In this document: one piece after another, positions 27,879 to 37,102 of the stretch
Layout of the letters: each line of letters begins with the position of its first letter
Position numbering within the stretch: the first letter of the stretch is position 1
From: Thermoanaerobaculia bacterium
Lineage (GTDB): Bacteria; Acidobacteriota; Thermoanaerobaculia; JALWYX01
Length of the DNA stretch: 56,745 nt
Assembly: GCA_027078415.1 (NCBI GenBank)
Contig: JALWYX010000040.1
Location: forward strand, 1 to 56,745
Reading direction: 5' to 3'
Program-made: the position numbers and the translations under genes
Notes under the pieces: generated by a model
Database searches by the model: none
What the model saw: only the letters and a program-made list of their open reading frames with translations
What the model was told of the DNA's origin: nothing

Positions 27879-30068
27879 TTGGAAATGGCAAAAAAGCGTT
27901 TTAGAGATTTTGGTCTTTCTGAAAACGAATACACCTCTCTTGTTGCTAAACTTGGTAGGGAGCCCACGAATGTTGAGCTAGCTATAATAGGTGCTCTCTG
28001 GTCAGAACATTGCTCTTATAAATCTTCAAAAATTTATTTGAGCTCTATGCCTCGGACTGGAGAGCGCGTTGTTGTATCTGAAGGGGAAAATGCAGGGGCT
28101 GTTGAGTTGGATGACGAATTAGTAGCTATTTTTAAAGTGGAAAGTCATAATCATCCAAGCTATATAGAGCCTTATCAGGGAGCAGCTACAGGAGTTGGTG
28201 GCATTTTGCGAGATATTTTTACTATGGGAGCTAGACCTATAGCGTTAATGGATCAGCTGTTTTTTGGTGAAAGTAAAGCTCCTAAGATGAGCCATCTTGT
28301 TTCTAGAGTAGTGAAAGGTATAGGCGATTACGGGAATAGAGTTGGTGTACCAACAGTTGGTGGCATGGTTTACGTGCATAGGTGCTATAACTTTAATATT
28401 TTAGTTAACGTTTTCGCTCTAGGTATAACAAGCAAACGTGGGATTTTCTCTTCTAAGGCAAAAGGGTTGGGTAACTATTTACTGTATGTTGGTAATTCTA
28501 CAGGTTTAGACGGTGTAAAGGGAGCTATTATGGCCTCCGATCGTTTCTCCTCGGAAAATAGCAGGGATGATATTTTACCTACAGTACAAATTGGTGATCC
28601 ATTTGTGGAAAAACTTCTTATAGAGGCTACTCTTGAAGCCCTTTCTACAGGATATGTAGTCGCACTCCAAGATATGGGTGCTGCTGGTTTGTCTTCTTCC
28701 TCTTATGAGATGGCGGCGAAAGGAGACGTAGGATTTGTCCTAGATCTCGACAGAGTACCTTTAAGAGAAGAAAATTTAACACCTGAAGCTATTATGCTTT
28801 CTGAAACTCAGGAGCGAATGCTTCTTGTTGTTATGAAAGATAAAGTAGAAGAAGTTAAAAACATATTTAACAAATGGGGAGTTCCTTCCGCAGTAGTAGG
28901 AAAAATCACTGACGATAGAATGGGTAAGGTGCTTTATAAAGGTAGTGAGATAGCTAATATACCGGTTTATTTAGAACCCCCAGTTTATAAAAGGGCAGTT
29001 GAACCGTACGTTCCCCCTCAAAAACCCTCCTTGTTTCCTCCTAAAAATGGAAAAGAGGTGGAAGAGATAGCTTCTACACTTGTGAGCACTCCTGAGATCG
29101 CTAATAAGGAATGGATATTTTCTCAATACGATTACATGGTTAGAACCAATACTGTAATACCTCCAGGTTCTGACGCTGCACTTTTAAGGATAAAAAAGAA
29201 GGATGTATCGTTAGCTATAACGAGTGATGTGAATCCTGCTTACTGTTTTTTAGATCCTTTCATAGGTACACTCCAGGCTATTGCTGAAGCTGCTAGGAAT
29301 TTAGCAAGTGTTGGAGCCGAGCCTCTGGGGGTTACTAATTGCCTAAATTTTGGTAACCCGGAGGATCCTAAAGTTATGTGGCAGTTTGCCCGTGCGGTAG
29401 ATGGAATATCTACAGGGTGCAAAACACTCGGGATTCCAGTAGTGTCAGGAAACGTTTCTTTTTATAACCAAACTGACGAAAATAGTGTATATCCTACACC
29501 TACTATAGTGATGGTTGGCATAAAAAAAGACGGTTATACCGTACCAAATTTCTTTAGAAAAGGTGGAGAAAAAATAGTTGCTATAGGAGCTCTTAGACAA
29601 GAGGAGTTTGGAGGTTCCCTTTATCAAAGATACATACTTAATAAAGAAGGAGGTAGACCTCCCACCGTTGATTTGAAATCTGAAATTAAAATTAATGATT
29701 TTGTGCGTTTTGTTATAAAAAAACGTCTAATTACCAGCGTTCACGATATTTCTGAAGGAGGATTACTCTTAGCACTTTTAGAAATGTCTTTCCCTCAATC
29801 TGTAGGATTTACAGTAGCAGTTGAAATACCTGCCGTGTCCCTTTTTTCTGAATCGCAAGGGGTTTTTATAGTAACGTGCGAGGATACTAACTTAGATCGT
29901 TTGTGCTACTTGGCCGATAGTCTTAATGTGCACTGTTCTGTTTTAGGTGATACGGTTGATCAAGATCTCTGGACGGTAGAATATGCTGAAGGCGTAGTAT
30001 CTTCGAGAGTGAGTAGTTTTAGTAAGTTATGGAATGAAGGGTTTAGTAGATATTTTGCGTTAGAGTAA
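27879..30068 (+). CDS. purL: FGAM synthase subunit PurL (small form)
   Basis: WSEHCSYKSS, ESHNHPS, QDMGAAG, SETQERM, NCLNFGNP; start may be ATG 27885. Confidence 0.97.
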   Translation: MEMAKKRFRDFGLSENEYTSLVAKLGREPTNVELAIIGALWSEHCSYKSSKIYLSSMPRTGERVVVSEGENAGAVELDDELVAIFKVESHNHPSYIEPYQGAATGVGGILRDIFTMGARPIALMDQLFFGESKAPKMSHLVSRVVKGIGDYGNRVGVPTVGGMVYVHRCYNFNILVNVFALGITSKRGIFSSKAKGLGNYLLYVGNSTGLDGVKGAIMASDRFSSENSRDDILPTVQIGDPFVEKLLIEATLEALSTGYVVALQDMGAAGLSSSSYEMAAKGDVGFVLDLDRVPLREENLTPEAIMLSETQERMLLVVMKDKVEEVKNIFNKWGVPSAVVGKITDDRMGKVLYKGSEIANIPVYLEPPVYKRAVEPYVPPQKPSLFPPKNGKEVEEIASTLVSTPEIANKEWIFSQYDYMVRTNTVIPPGSDAALLRIKKKDVSLAITSDVNPAYCFLDPFIGTLQAIAEAARNLASVGAEPLGVTNCLNFGNPEDPKVMWQFARAVDGISTGCKTLGIPVVSGNVSFYNQTDENSVYPTPTIVMVGIKKDGYTVPNFFRKGGEKIVAIGALRQEEFGGSLYQRYILNKEGGRPPTVDLKSEIKINDFVRFVIKKRLITSVHDISEGGLLLALLEMSFPQSVGFTVAVEIPAVSLFSESQGVFIVTCEDTNLDRLCYLADSLNVHCSVLGDTVDQDLWTVEYAEGVVSSRVSSFSKLWNEGFSRYFALE

Positions 30069-30071
30069 ATA

Positions 30072-31463
30072 GTGTGTGGAATATTCGGTATAGAGAATAG
30101 CGATTTAGCTTCATATTTTACCTATCTAGGTCTTTATGCTTTGCAGCATAGGGGTCAAGAGAGTGCTGGTATTGCTTCATGGGATGGCAAACTCGTACAC
30201 GTTGAAAGAGGTATGGGTGAAATATCGGAAATATTTAGTGAGAGTTTTGTAAAAAATTTGGAAGGCTTTAGAGCAATAGGACATACCCGTTATTCAACAG
30301 CAGGAGTGAGTTCTCTTAGAAACGCACAACCCATAGCTGTTAATACTTCTTTAGGACCTCTAGCTATTGTACATAACGGTAATATAGTGAATGCTACTTT
30401 TTTAAGAGAACAGCTAGAAAAAGAGGGTTCTATCTTTCAGACTACTAGCGATACAGAAGTAATACTACATCTGGTAGCTAAGTTTTCGAGAGATGGTTCT
30501 ATTTTAAAAGCTTTGTATAACGCTTTATTGAAGGTAAAAGGTGCTTATAGTTTGTTGCTTATAGCCCAAGATAGCCTTATAGCAGCTAAGGATCCTTGGG
30601 GTTTTAGACCTTTGGTTATGGGAAAAATAGAGGATGCTATTTGTTTTGCCTCTGAAAACTGCGCTTTTGATTTGATCGGAGCGGAGTTTATAAGAGAGTT
30701 AAAACCAGGGGAGATAGTTGTAGTACAAGGAGACAACGTTCAATCCTTTTTTTTACCTTCTGCATCTGTTTCTACACCGTGTTTGTTTGAGCTGGTCTAT
30801 TTCTCTAGACCTGATAGCACCGTCTTTGGAGAAGATGTGGCAGCTAGAAGAATTGAGATGGGGAAACTTTTAGCAAAAGAAGCACCTGTAGATGCTGATA
30901 TAGTTTCTCCCGTGCCAGATAGTGGTCTTTTCGCAGCTTTAGGATTTGCTCAGCAGTCAGGAATACCCTTTTCTTATGCTCTGATAAGAAACCATTACGT
31001 GGGTAGAACATTTATTCAACCTACAGGTAAGATAAGAGATTTTAGAGTTAAAGTTAAGTTGAATCCCGTCAAATCGGTTATAAAGGATAGAAGGTTAGTG
31101 TTGGTAGATGATTCTATAGTGAGGGGAACAACTTCCCGCAAGCTGATAAGAATGCTTAGAGAAGCTGGAGCTAAAGAAGTTCACTTTCGCGTTTCTTCTC
31201 CTCCAACAAAATGGCCGTGCTGTTACGGTATAGACACTCCTACTAAAGAAGAGCTTATAGCGGCCAATAAGTCTATAGAGGAAATTCGTAACTTTTTAGA
31301 AGTAGATTCTTTAGCTTATCTTTCCCTAGATGCGTTGCTTAGTACTGTAAATAATAAAACTTTTTGTACCGCTTGTTGGAATGGAGATTATCCTGTTACT
31401 ATTCCCAAATCCTACAGGCGTAGTCCAAGGTTATTTCCAATAAAAACTGAGGAGGATATATGA
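30072..31463 (+). CDS. purF: Amidophosphoribosyltransferase
   Basis: MCGIFG, LQHRGQES, GHTRYST, VDDSIVRGTT, Fe-S cysteines (CTAC). Confidence 0.97.
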   Translation: MCGIFGIENSDLASYFTYLGLYALQHRGQESAGIASWDGKLVHVERGMGEISEIFSESFVKNLEGFRAIGHTRYSTAGVSSLRNAQPIAVNTSLGPLAIVHNGNIVNATFLREQLEKEGSIFQTTSDTEVILHLVAKFSRDGSILKALYNALLKVKGAYSLLLIAQDSLIAAKDPWGFRPLVMGKIEDAICFASENCAFDLIGAEFIRELKPGEIVVVQGDNVQSFFLPSASVSTPCLFELVYFSRPDSTVFGEDVAARRIEMGKLLAKEAPVDADIVSPVPDSGLFAALGFAQQSGIPFSYALIRNHYVGRTFIQPTGKIRDFRVKVKLNPVKSVIKDRRLVLVDDSIVRGTTSRKLIRMLREAGAKEVHFRVSSPPTKWPCCYGIDTPTKEELIAANKSIEEIRNFLEVDSLAYLSLDALLSTVNNKTFCTACWNGDYPVTIPKSYRRSPRLFPIKTEEDI

Positions 31464-32482
31464 AAAGTTCTAAGTATAGGGAAGCGGGAGTTGACTTAAG
31501 TAAATATGAATCTATTGTTAATAAAATTAAGAAACTTATGGGTGATGATGTACAAACAGGACATTTCGGTGGTTTTTTCCCTTTGAATTCTAAAACGGTT
31601 CTCGTTTCATCCATAGATGGTGTAGGAACAAAACTTATAGTAGCTCGTATGGCAAAAAAAGTACATTTGGTCGGCAAAGATCTTGTAAACCATTGTGTTA
31701 ACGATATATTGGCAACTGGAGCAACTCCGTTGTTTTTTATGGATTATATAGCTTCTTCCCTATTGAACGAAAAACAGGTGATTAGAATTATTGACTCTAT
31801 TAAAGATGCTTGTAAAGAAAATGAAGTAGCTCTTGTAGGTGGTGAAACGGCAGAGATGCCTGGAATTTATAATAACGGGGAGTGGGAGATAGTAGGTGCA
31901 ATAGTAGGTATAGTTGAAAGTGATAAAATCCTCGGTAAACACAACGTTAAGGAGAATAATATTCTAGTCGGGCTACCTTCTACAGGTTTGCATACAAATG
32001 GATACTCTTTGGCTAGGAAAATCGTTTTCGATAAATTGGGTTACTCTCTCAATACCAAAATTAGACGTTTAAATAACAAAAGTGTAGAGGAACTGTTACT
32101 AGTCCCTCATATCTCTTATAGAGGTTACCTCCAAGAGGTGTTACAAAAAGGCCTAGTAGGTGCTATAGCTCATATAACTGGAGGGGGAATTACAGGTAAC
32201 TTAGTTAGAGTGTTACCGCACGATTTAGATGCTGTTATATATTTGGGTAGCTGGGAAATACCTCCTATCTTTACCTTTCTTAAAGAGAAGGGAGAGATAG
32301 AGGACGAAGAAATGTTTACTGTTTTCAATATGGGAATAGGTATGATTCTAGTTGTGGATCCGGAAAATCTTTCTACCGTTTTAAATCTTTTAAAGAGTCG
32401 AGGAATGAAAGGAGAGATCATAGGTAGAATCACCAAAGGTAGAGGAAAAGTGATTTATGACTATCCTAAAAAAGAGTTCTAA
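31460..32482 (+). CDS. purM: AIR synthase
   Basis: YREAGVD, DGVGTK, GGETAEMPG, GLHTNGYSL, HITGGG, FNMGIG. Confidence 0.97.
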   Translation: MKSSKYREAGVDLSKYESIVNKIKKLMGDDVQTGHFGGFFPLNSKTVLVSSIDGVGTKLIVARMAKKVHLVGKDLVNHCVNDILATGATPLFFMDYIASSLLNEKQVIRIIDSIKDACKENEVALVGGETAEMPGIYNNGEWEIVGAIVGIVESDKILGKHNVKENNILVGLPSTGLHTNGYSLARKIVFDKLGYSLNTKIRRLNNKSVEELLLVPHISYRGYLQEVLQKGLVGAIAHITGGGITGNLVRVLPHDLDAVIYLGSWEIPPIFTFLKEKGEIEDEEMFTVFNMGIGMILVVDPENLSTVLNLLKSRGMKGEIIGRITKGRGKVIYDYPKKEF

Positions 32483-33083
32483 GGTGAGAATTGCTGTGAT
32501 GCTTTCCGGCAAAGGTACTACTTTTGAAGCCCTGCAAAATGCAATAAAGAGGGATGATATTCCAGCAGAGATAGAGGTTGTAATCTCTAATAACCCTGAT
32601 GCTTTTGGTGTCAAAAGGGCCCAGAAGTTTGGGTTGCCTGTGGAGGTAATTTCTCACAAAAATTTTTCTTCAAGGGAAGAGCATGAACGGGCTATAATAG
32701 ATGTTTTAAACGTGTATAAGGTTGAGTGGATATGTTTAGCAGGTTATATGCGTATTTTAACGCGTTTTTTTGTAGATAAGTATTATTTGCGTATATTAAA
32801 TACACATCCTAGCCTTCTTCCTGCATTTCCCGGTGTTGACGCTCCACGACAAGCTTTAGAATATGGAGCAAAGATTACAGGATGCACTATCCACTTTGTG
32901 GATTACGGAGTAGATACAGGCCCTATAGTTTTGCAGAGGTGTGTTCCTGTGTATGATAACGATACTGTAGAGAGTTTGACTAAAAGAATTCAAGAGCAAG
33001 AGTATATAGCCTATCCTGAAGCATTGCATAAATTATTAACCAAAAGGTGGGAGTTGAGGGGAAGACGTGTTGTATTCTATTAA
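32457..33083 (+). CDS. purN: GAR formyltransferase
   Basis: SGKGT, LAGYMRIL, NTHPSLLPAF, GCTIHFV..GVDTGP. Confidence 0.96.
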   Translation: MTILKKSSKVRIAVMLSGKGTTFEALQNAIKRDDIPAEIEVVISNNPDAFGVKRAQKFGLPVEVISHKNFSSREEHERAIIDVLNVYKVEWICLAGYMRILTRFFVDKYYLRILNTHPSLLPAFPGVDAPRQALEYGAKITGCTIHFVDYGVDTGPIVLQRCVPVYDNDTVESLTKRIQEQEYIAYPEALHKLLTKRWELRGRRVVFY

Positions 33084-33098
33084 GGGAGGTTTTTAAAT

Positions 33099-33542
33099 AT
33101 GGGTGAGAAAACTATACTGGTTACAACCGATTTTTCTGACCTTTCAAAGAGAGCGATAGCTGAGGCGGTTAAATTGGCACGTTACGCTGGTGCAAAGATA
33201 ATTCTTTTTTATGCAGTAGAAGACACCTTGCCTCCTCTTTTCTATGGTCCTGAACCTGTTATATCACGAGAAGAGGTGCTTAAAAGACATGAATCGAAGG
33301 CTAAAGAAGCGTTAATAGATCTAGCGAAGGAAATTCCTGATGAACTTTTCCTCAAGCCTAAGGTGTCTGTAGGAGATGCTAGATATTCTATAGTGGAAGC
33401 TGCTAAAGAAGAAAACGTCGAATATATAGTAATGGCTACTCATGGACATTCTGCTTTTGGTGCATTTCTTCTAGGTAGTACTACCCATTACGTTGTAAAT
33501 AAAGCTCCTTGCCCTGTAGTAGTTGTACCTGCTCGCAAATGA
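33099..33542 (+). CDS. Universal stress protein
   Basis: ILVTTDFS, IVMATHG...LLGSTT, APCPVVVV. Confidence 0.93.
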   Translation: MGEKTILVTTDFSDLSKRAIAEAVKLARYAGAKIILFYAVEDTLPPLFYGPEPVISREEVLKRHESKAKEALIDLAKEIPDELFLKPKVSVGDARYSIVEAAKEENVEYIVMATHGHSAFGAFLLGSTTHYVVNKAPCPVVVVPARK

Positions 33543-33567
33543 AGGATAAATTTTAAAGGTGCGGGTA

Positions 33568-35106
33568 TTAATCCTGGACCTCTAGGGAGGGAGAGTAATA
33601 GGTGTCTTTCCCTACATAGTGGAAAACTTTATTTCTTCCTTCACTTTTTGCTTTGTAAAGAGCTTTGTCTGCAAAATCTATAAGTTGGAGATAACTTTTA
33701 ACTAAGATGTCGGGAAACGCTGCAACGCCACAACTAACTGTTATTCTTATTTCTTTCCTGCCATGAACGAAAGGGTTTTTCTCTATATTAGACCTGATAC
33801 GTTCTGCGATATTTGTAATTAACTCACCATTAGCTTCAGGTATTACAATTACAAACTCCTCCCCTCCGTAGCGTGCTACTAAATCTGTCGGCCTTAATGA
33901 ATTTTTTATGATGTTAAGAACATGCTTTAACACGTTGTCTCCCACCGAATGTCCGTAAGTGTCGTTTATTTTTTTGAAATGATCTATATCAAGAACGATC
34001 ACTCCTACACTACCACCTTTTTTATATATACGAGTAAAATAGGATCCCAGATAAGCCTCCAATACTCTCCTGTTGCTTGTATCTAGCAAAGTGTCCGTTG
34101 AAGCAACCTTTGCTAAATAATACTTCTCTATAGTTGCTAGAATTCCTACCATAAGGTTGTTTAACCTTTCTATATCCGCTGTTCTTGCTATCCTTGGGTC
34201 GTACCATATAATTATTTCGCCCATTTTAGCGTATTGTTTGATTGTTATAGAATAATTTAGAGTTTTCCAGCCTATTATCCTGTGAAAGCCGGGAAGTGGA
34301 GGGGGCTTCTCTGGTATTCTGGCTCTGCCTTTGAATACCTTTTCTGACGGTGATAAATAGAACCTTTCATCTTCTTTACCTTCTCCCAAAATTATTTCTA
34401 TCCAGTTAGCTGGGAATACTTTTTTTATTTGTAACAGCAGGTTTTTTATAAATTGAGTTTCGTCTAAATGTATTTTTGTCAATTCAAACGATATACCTAA
34501 AGCGTCTAGTAGATCTTTTTTTTGTGATGTTAAGGTTAATAGCTTTTCTTCTAGATCTAGTATTATGTATAACGCTACAGCTGTAGATAAGAGAAGAAGA
34601 AAAGTTACGTTTGTAGAATTTTTTGTCAAATTTAGCAAACTTATCACAAGAGTAGTTGTAATAAGGCTTAAAGTTTCTACTATGATGAAATATATATTGG
34701 TTGAAAATAGTTTGGAGTGTTTAAGTACAATAGCGATCAGATAGATACTCCACCATTGCAGCAGAGCAATAAATGGGGGCAACTTTGAGATTATAAGTAG
34801 TGCATAACTTGTAGAAAGTATAATGAGCAATATGGCTTGCTTTTTGGGTAAGTGTAATGTTTTAGCCGAGAAAAATGTTATAAGTATAACTTGCCACAGG
34901 TTTTCAGGAGTATCTAGCAAAAAAAGTGGGATATTTAGGAATGGTAGTAAAGGTGAGATTGAAGTGTAGGGAATTTTCTTCTTTTTATATACAAGTAGCA
35001 GAGGGAGTATGGTAAAGGCGGTTGTTGCGAAGATAGCAATGCCTTTGATATTGTTGCTGGATATAGCAGATATTGCTAAAAGTAGATATATGTTGGATAT
35101 AGTCAT
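33568..35106 (-). CDS. Membrane-anchored diguanylate cyclase (GGDEF)
   Basis: N-terminal TM helices; DIDHFKKINDTYGHSVGD; RPTD I-site then RYGGEEF; ADKALYKAK. Confidence 0.92.
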   Translation of the reverse strand: MTISNIYLLLAISAISSNNIKGIAIFATTAFTILPLLLVYKKKKIPYTSISPLLPFLNIPLFLLDTPENLWQVILITFFSAKTLHLPKKQAILLIILSTSYALLIISKLPPFIALLQWWSIYLIAIVLKHSKLFSTNIYFIIVETLSLITTTLVISLLNLTKNSTNVTFLLLLSTAVALYIILDLEEKLLTLTSQKKDLLDALGISFELTKIHLDETQFIKNLLLQIKKVFPANWIEIILGEGKEDERFYLSPSEKVFKGRARIPEKPPPLPGFHRIIGWKTLNYSITIKQYAKMGEIIIWYDPRIARTADIERLNNLMVGILATIEKYYLAKVASTDTLLDTSNRRVLEAYLGSYFTRIYKKGGSVGVIVLDIDHFKKINDTYGHSVGDNVLKHVLNIIKNSLRPTDLVARYGGEEFVIVIPEANGELITNIAERIRSNIEKNPFVHGRKEIRITVSCGVAAFPDILVKSYLQLIDFADKALYKAKSEGRNKVFHYVGKDTYYSPSLEVQD

Positions 35107-35195
35107 AAAATATTTTTGATATTTGTTATAGAAACCCTACCTATTTATAATAAAGTTTATAGTATGGTTGGCTTTTTAGATAGAAAGAGTTATCC

Positions 35196-35219
35196 TTGAA
35201 GAATAAGAGGGTATATAAT
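35196..35219 (+). promoter_or_regulatory. Candidate promoter for mglBA (TTGAAG-N12-TATAAT)
   Basis: Perfect TATAAT 17 nt before the mglB start; TTGAAG at 12-bp spacing. Confidence 0.4.
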
Positions 35220-35236
35220 TTTCTAGATGAGGAAGG

Positions 35237-35731
35237 ATGATGGATAGCGCGTACTTTGTTTTGTTTGGAGAGGATTTTGAGAAACTTCAGAAGGTTCTTG
35301 AGAAATTGGTTGTAGATTCTAACGCCAGGGCGGTTTTTCTAATAGATAAAAATGGACAGCAGATAGCTGCTGCAGGAGAGGTTGATAAGTATGATACTAC
35401 TTCGTTAGCTTCTCTTACAGCGGGTAACGTAGCTGCTACGGATGGTTTAGCTAAGCTTATAGGTGAACGTGAATTTTCTGTGTTATTCCATGAAGGAAAG
35501 AGAGATCATATTCATATATCTATAGTTGCCAAGAAAGCCATATTGCTGGTTATTTTCGACGATAGATCCTCTTTAGGATTGGTGAGATTACGCGTCAAGA
35601 GGGCTAGTGAGAGTATGAAGAAGATATTTGATGATATAGAAAGGAAATCTAAAGAAGAGGTTGGCAATAAAGCAAGTAGCCCTTTTGCGGAGATAACAGA
35701 CGAAGATATTGATGCACTTTTTAGCGAGTAA
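35237..35731 (+). CDS. mglB: Roadblock/LC7 GTPase-activating protein MglB
   Basis: TSLASLTAGNVAAT.GLAKLIGE.EF, SSLGLVRLR, acidic tail SPFAEITDEDIDALFSE as in Myxococcus MglB. Confidence 0.93.
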   Translation: MMDSAYFVLFGEDFEKLQKVLEKLVVDSNARAVFLIDKNGQQIAAAGEVDKYDTTSLASLTAGNVAATDGLAKLIGEREFSVLFHEGKRDHIHISIVAKKAILLVIFDDRSSLGLVRLRVKRASESMKKIFDDIERKSKEEVGNKASSPFAEITDEDIDALFSE

Positions 35732-35768
35732 TTTTTACTCTTATAAAAAATTTGCTAGAGGCTGAAAG

Positions 35769-36353
35769 ATGGTTTTTATTAACTATGTACGTAAAGAAAT
35801 AAATTGCAAAATAGTTTATTACGGGCCTGGATTGGGTGGGAAAACTACCAATTTGCAATGGATATATGAACATACTCCCCAAGAGAGAAAGGGAAAAATG
35901 ATAGCGTTGGCAACAGAAGCGGATAGAACTCTATTTTTTGACTTTTTACCACTAGATCTGGGCACTATAAAAGGTTTTACTACCAGGTTTCAGCTTTATA
36001 CTGTTCCTGGACAAGTATTTTACGATGCTAGTAGAAAGTTGATATTAAAGGGTGCAGATGGTGTAGTGTTTGTAGCGGATAGTCAGAGAGATAGAATGGA
36101 TGCAAATATCGAGTCTGTAAGGAATCTTGAGCAAAACTTGAAAGAGCACGGTTTAGATTTGAAAACTATTCCTTACGTATTACAGTTCAATAAGAGAGAT
36201 TTGCCTAATATAGTTCCAGTTGAGGAGATGTATAGGATCCTGAACTACAAAAGAGAACCAACTTTTCAAGCTGTAGCTGTTAGAGGTATAGGGGTTTTTG
36301 AAACTCTGAAGGCTATAGCTAAATTGGTGTTAAAAGAGCTTAAGAAAAAGTAG
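35769..36353 (+). CDS. mglA: Small Ras-like GTPase MglA
   Basis: [37 protein letters not shown]. Confidence 0.96.
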   Translation: MVFINYVRKEINCKIVYYGPGLGGKTTNLQWIYEHTPQERKGKMIALATEADRTLFFDFLPLDLGTIKGFTTRFQLYTVPGQVFYDASRKLILKGADGVVFVADSQRDRMDANIESVRNLEQNLKEHGLDLKTIPYVLQFNKRDLPNIVPVEEMYRILNYKREPTFQAVAVRGIGVFETLKAIAKLVLKELKKK

Positions 36354-36358
36354 TTTTA

Positions 36359-37102
36359 ATGTATACCACTAGAATTCTCTGTCCTGTTATTCTTGCCGGT
36401 GGGCAAGGAAAAAGGATGGGAGAGGGTGCGCCTAAAGTTCTGCGTGATCTAGGTGGAAAACCGGTTATTCAGCACCTTATAGATCTATTTGTTACTAAAG
36501 GCCTAAAGCCGTTGGTTGTGGTTCCTAGTAAAGATTCCAAGGTTGGTAAGTATGTAAAAAGACAAAATCTCACCTCTGTTGAACAAAAAGTTCCGTTAGG
36601 TACAGGAGATGCTTTAAAAAAAGTTGTTCGTGCATTAGACGGTTCGCAAGAGCTGTTTCTGTTGGTTGTACCTGGGGACGCTCCTCTTCTTTCCGCATCT
36701 ACTGTGGATAAGCTCTGTTTAGCTAGTAAAGTTTATAAATGGGTTGTTGGTGTAGCTTATATGGAAAATCCTAGATCTTTAGGAAGAGTAGTTTTAAAAA
36801 ACGGGAAGTTTCTTAAAATAGTAGAGTTTAGAGATGCTTCTAGTGAAGAACAAACGATTAAATTGGTTAATTCAGGGTTTTATCTTATACCGTTTCCGGA
36901 AGTTATTCCATATCTCGATTTACTTTCGTGTGATAATGCTCAAGGAGAGTTTTATTTGACCGACATTTTTAACCTAGTAGCAAAAAGCGAAGAGGTAGGT
37001 ATTGTCTATATAGACAATCCTATGGAGGCACAGGGTGTAAATACACCAGAAGAGTTGGAAATGTTAAAACAGTATGTGCGGGATAGTAGGGTATATAGGT
37101 AG
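36359..37102 (+). CDS. glmU: GlmU uridyltransferase domain only
   Basis: ILAGGQGKRM...PKVL, LGTGDA, GDAPL, GRV, IVEFRDA, VNSG, DNAQGEFYLTD, GVN; ends before the left-handed beta-helix; upstream of glmS. Confidence 0.8.
   Translation: MYTTRILCPVILAGGQGKRMGEGAPKVLRDLGGKPVIQHLIDLFVTKGLKPLVVVPSKDSKVGKYVKRQNLTSVEQKVPLGTGDALKKVVRALDGSQELFLLVVPGDAPLLSASTVDKLCLASKVYKWVVGVAYMENPRSLGRVVLKNGKFLKIVEFRDASSEEQTIKLVNSGFYLIPFPEVIPYLDLLSCDNAQGEFYLTDIFNLVAKSEEVGIVYIDNPMEAQGVNTPEELEMLKQYVRDSRVYR

Noticed and set aside
35189-35214. GTTATC-N14-GGGTAT resembling a Bacillus SigB promoter
   Set aside because: Diderm gene content gives no support for SigB; the overlapping TATAAT is a simpler explanation.
36359-37102. 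Stop-codon readthrough or recoding to restore full GlmU
   Set aside because: glmS occupies the downstream sequence, and TAA, TAG and TGA all end conserved genes at expected positions.
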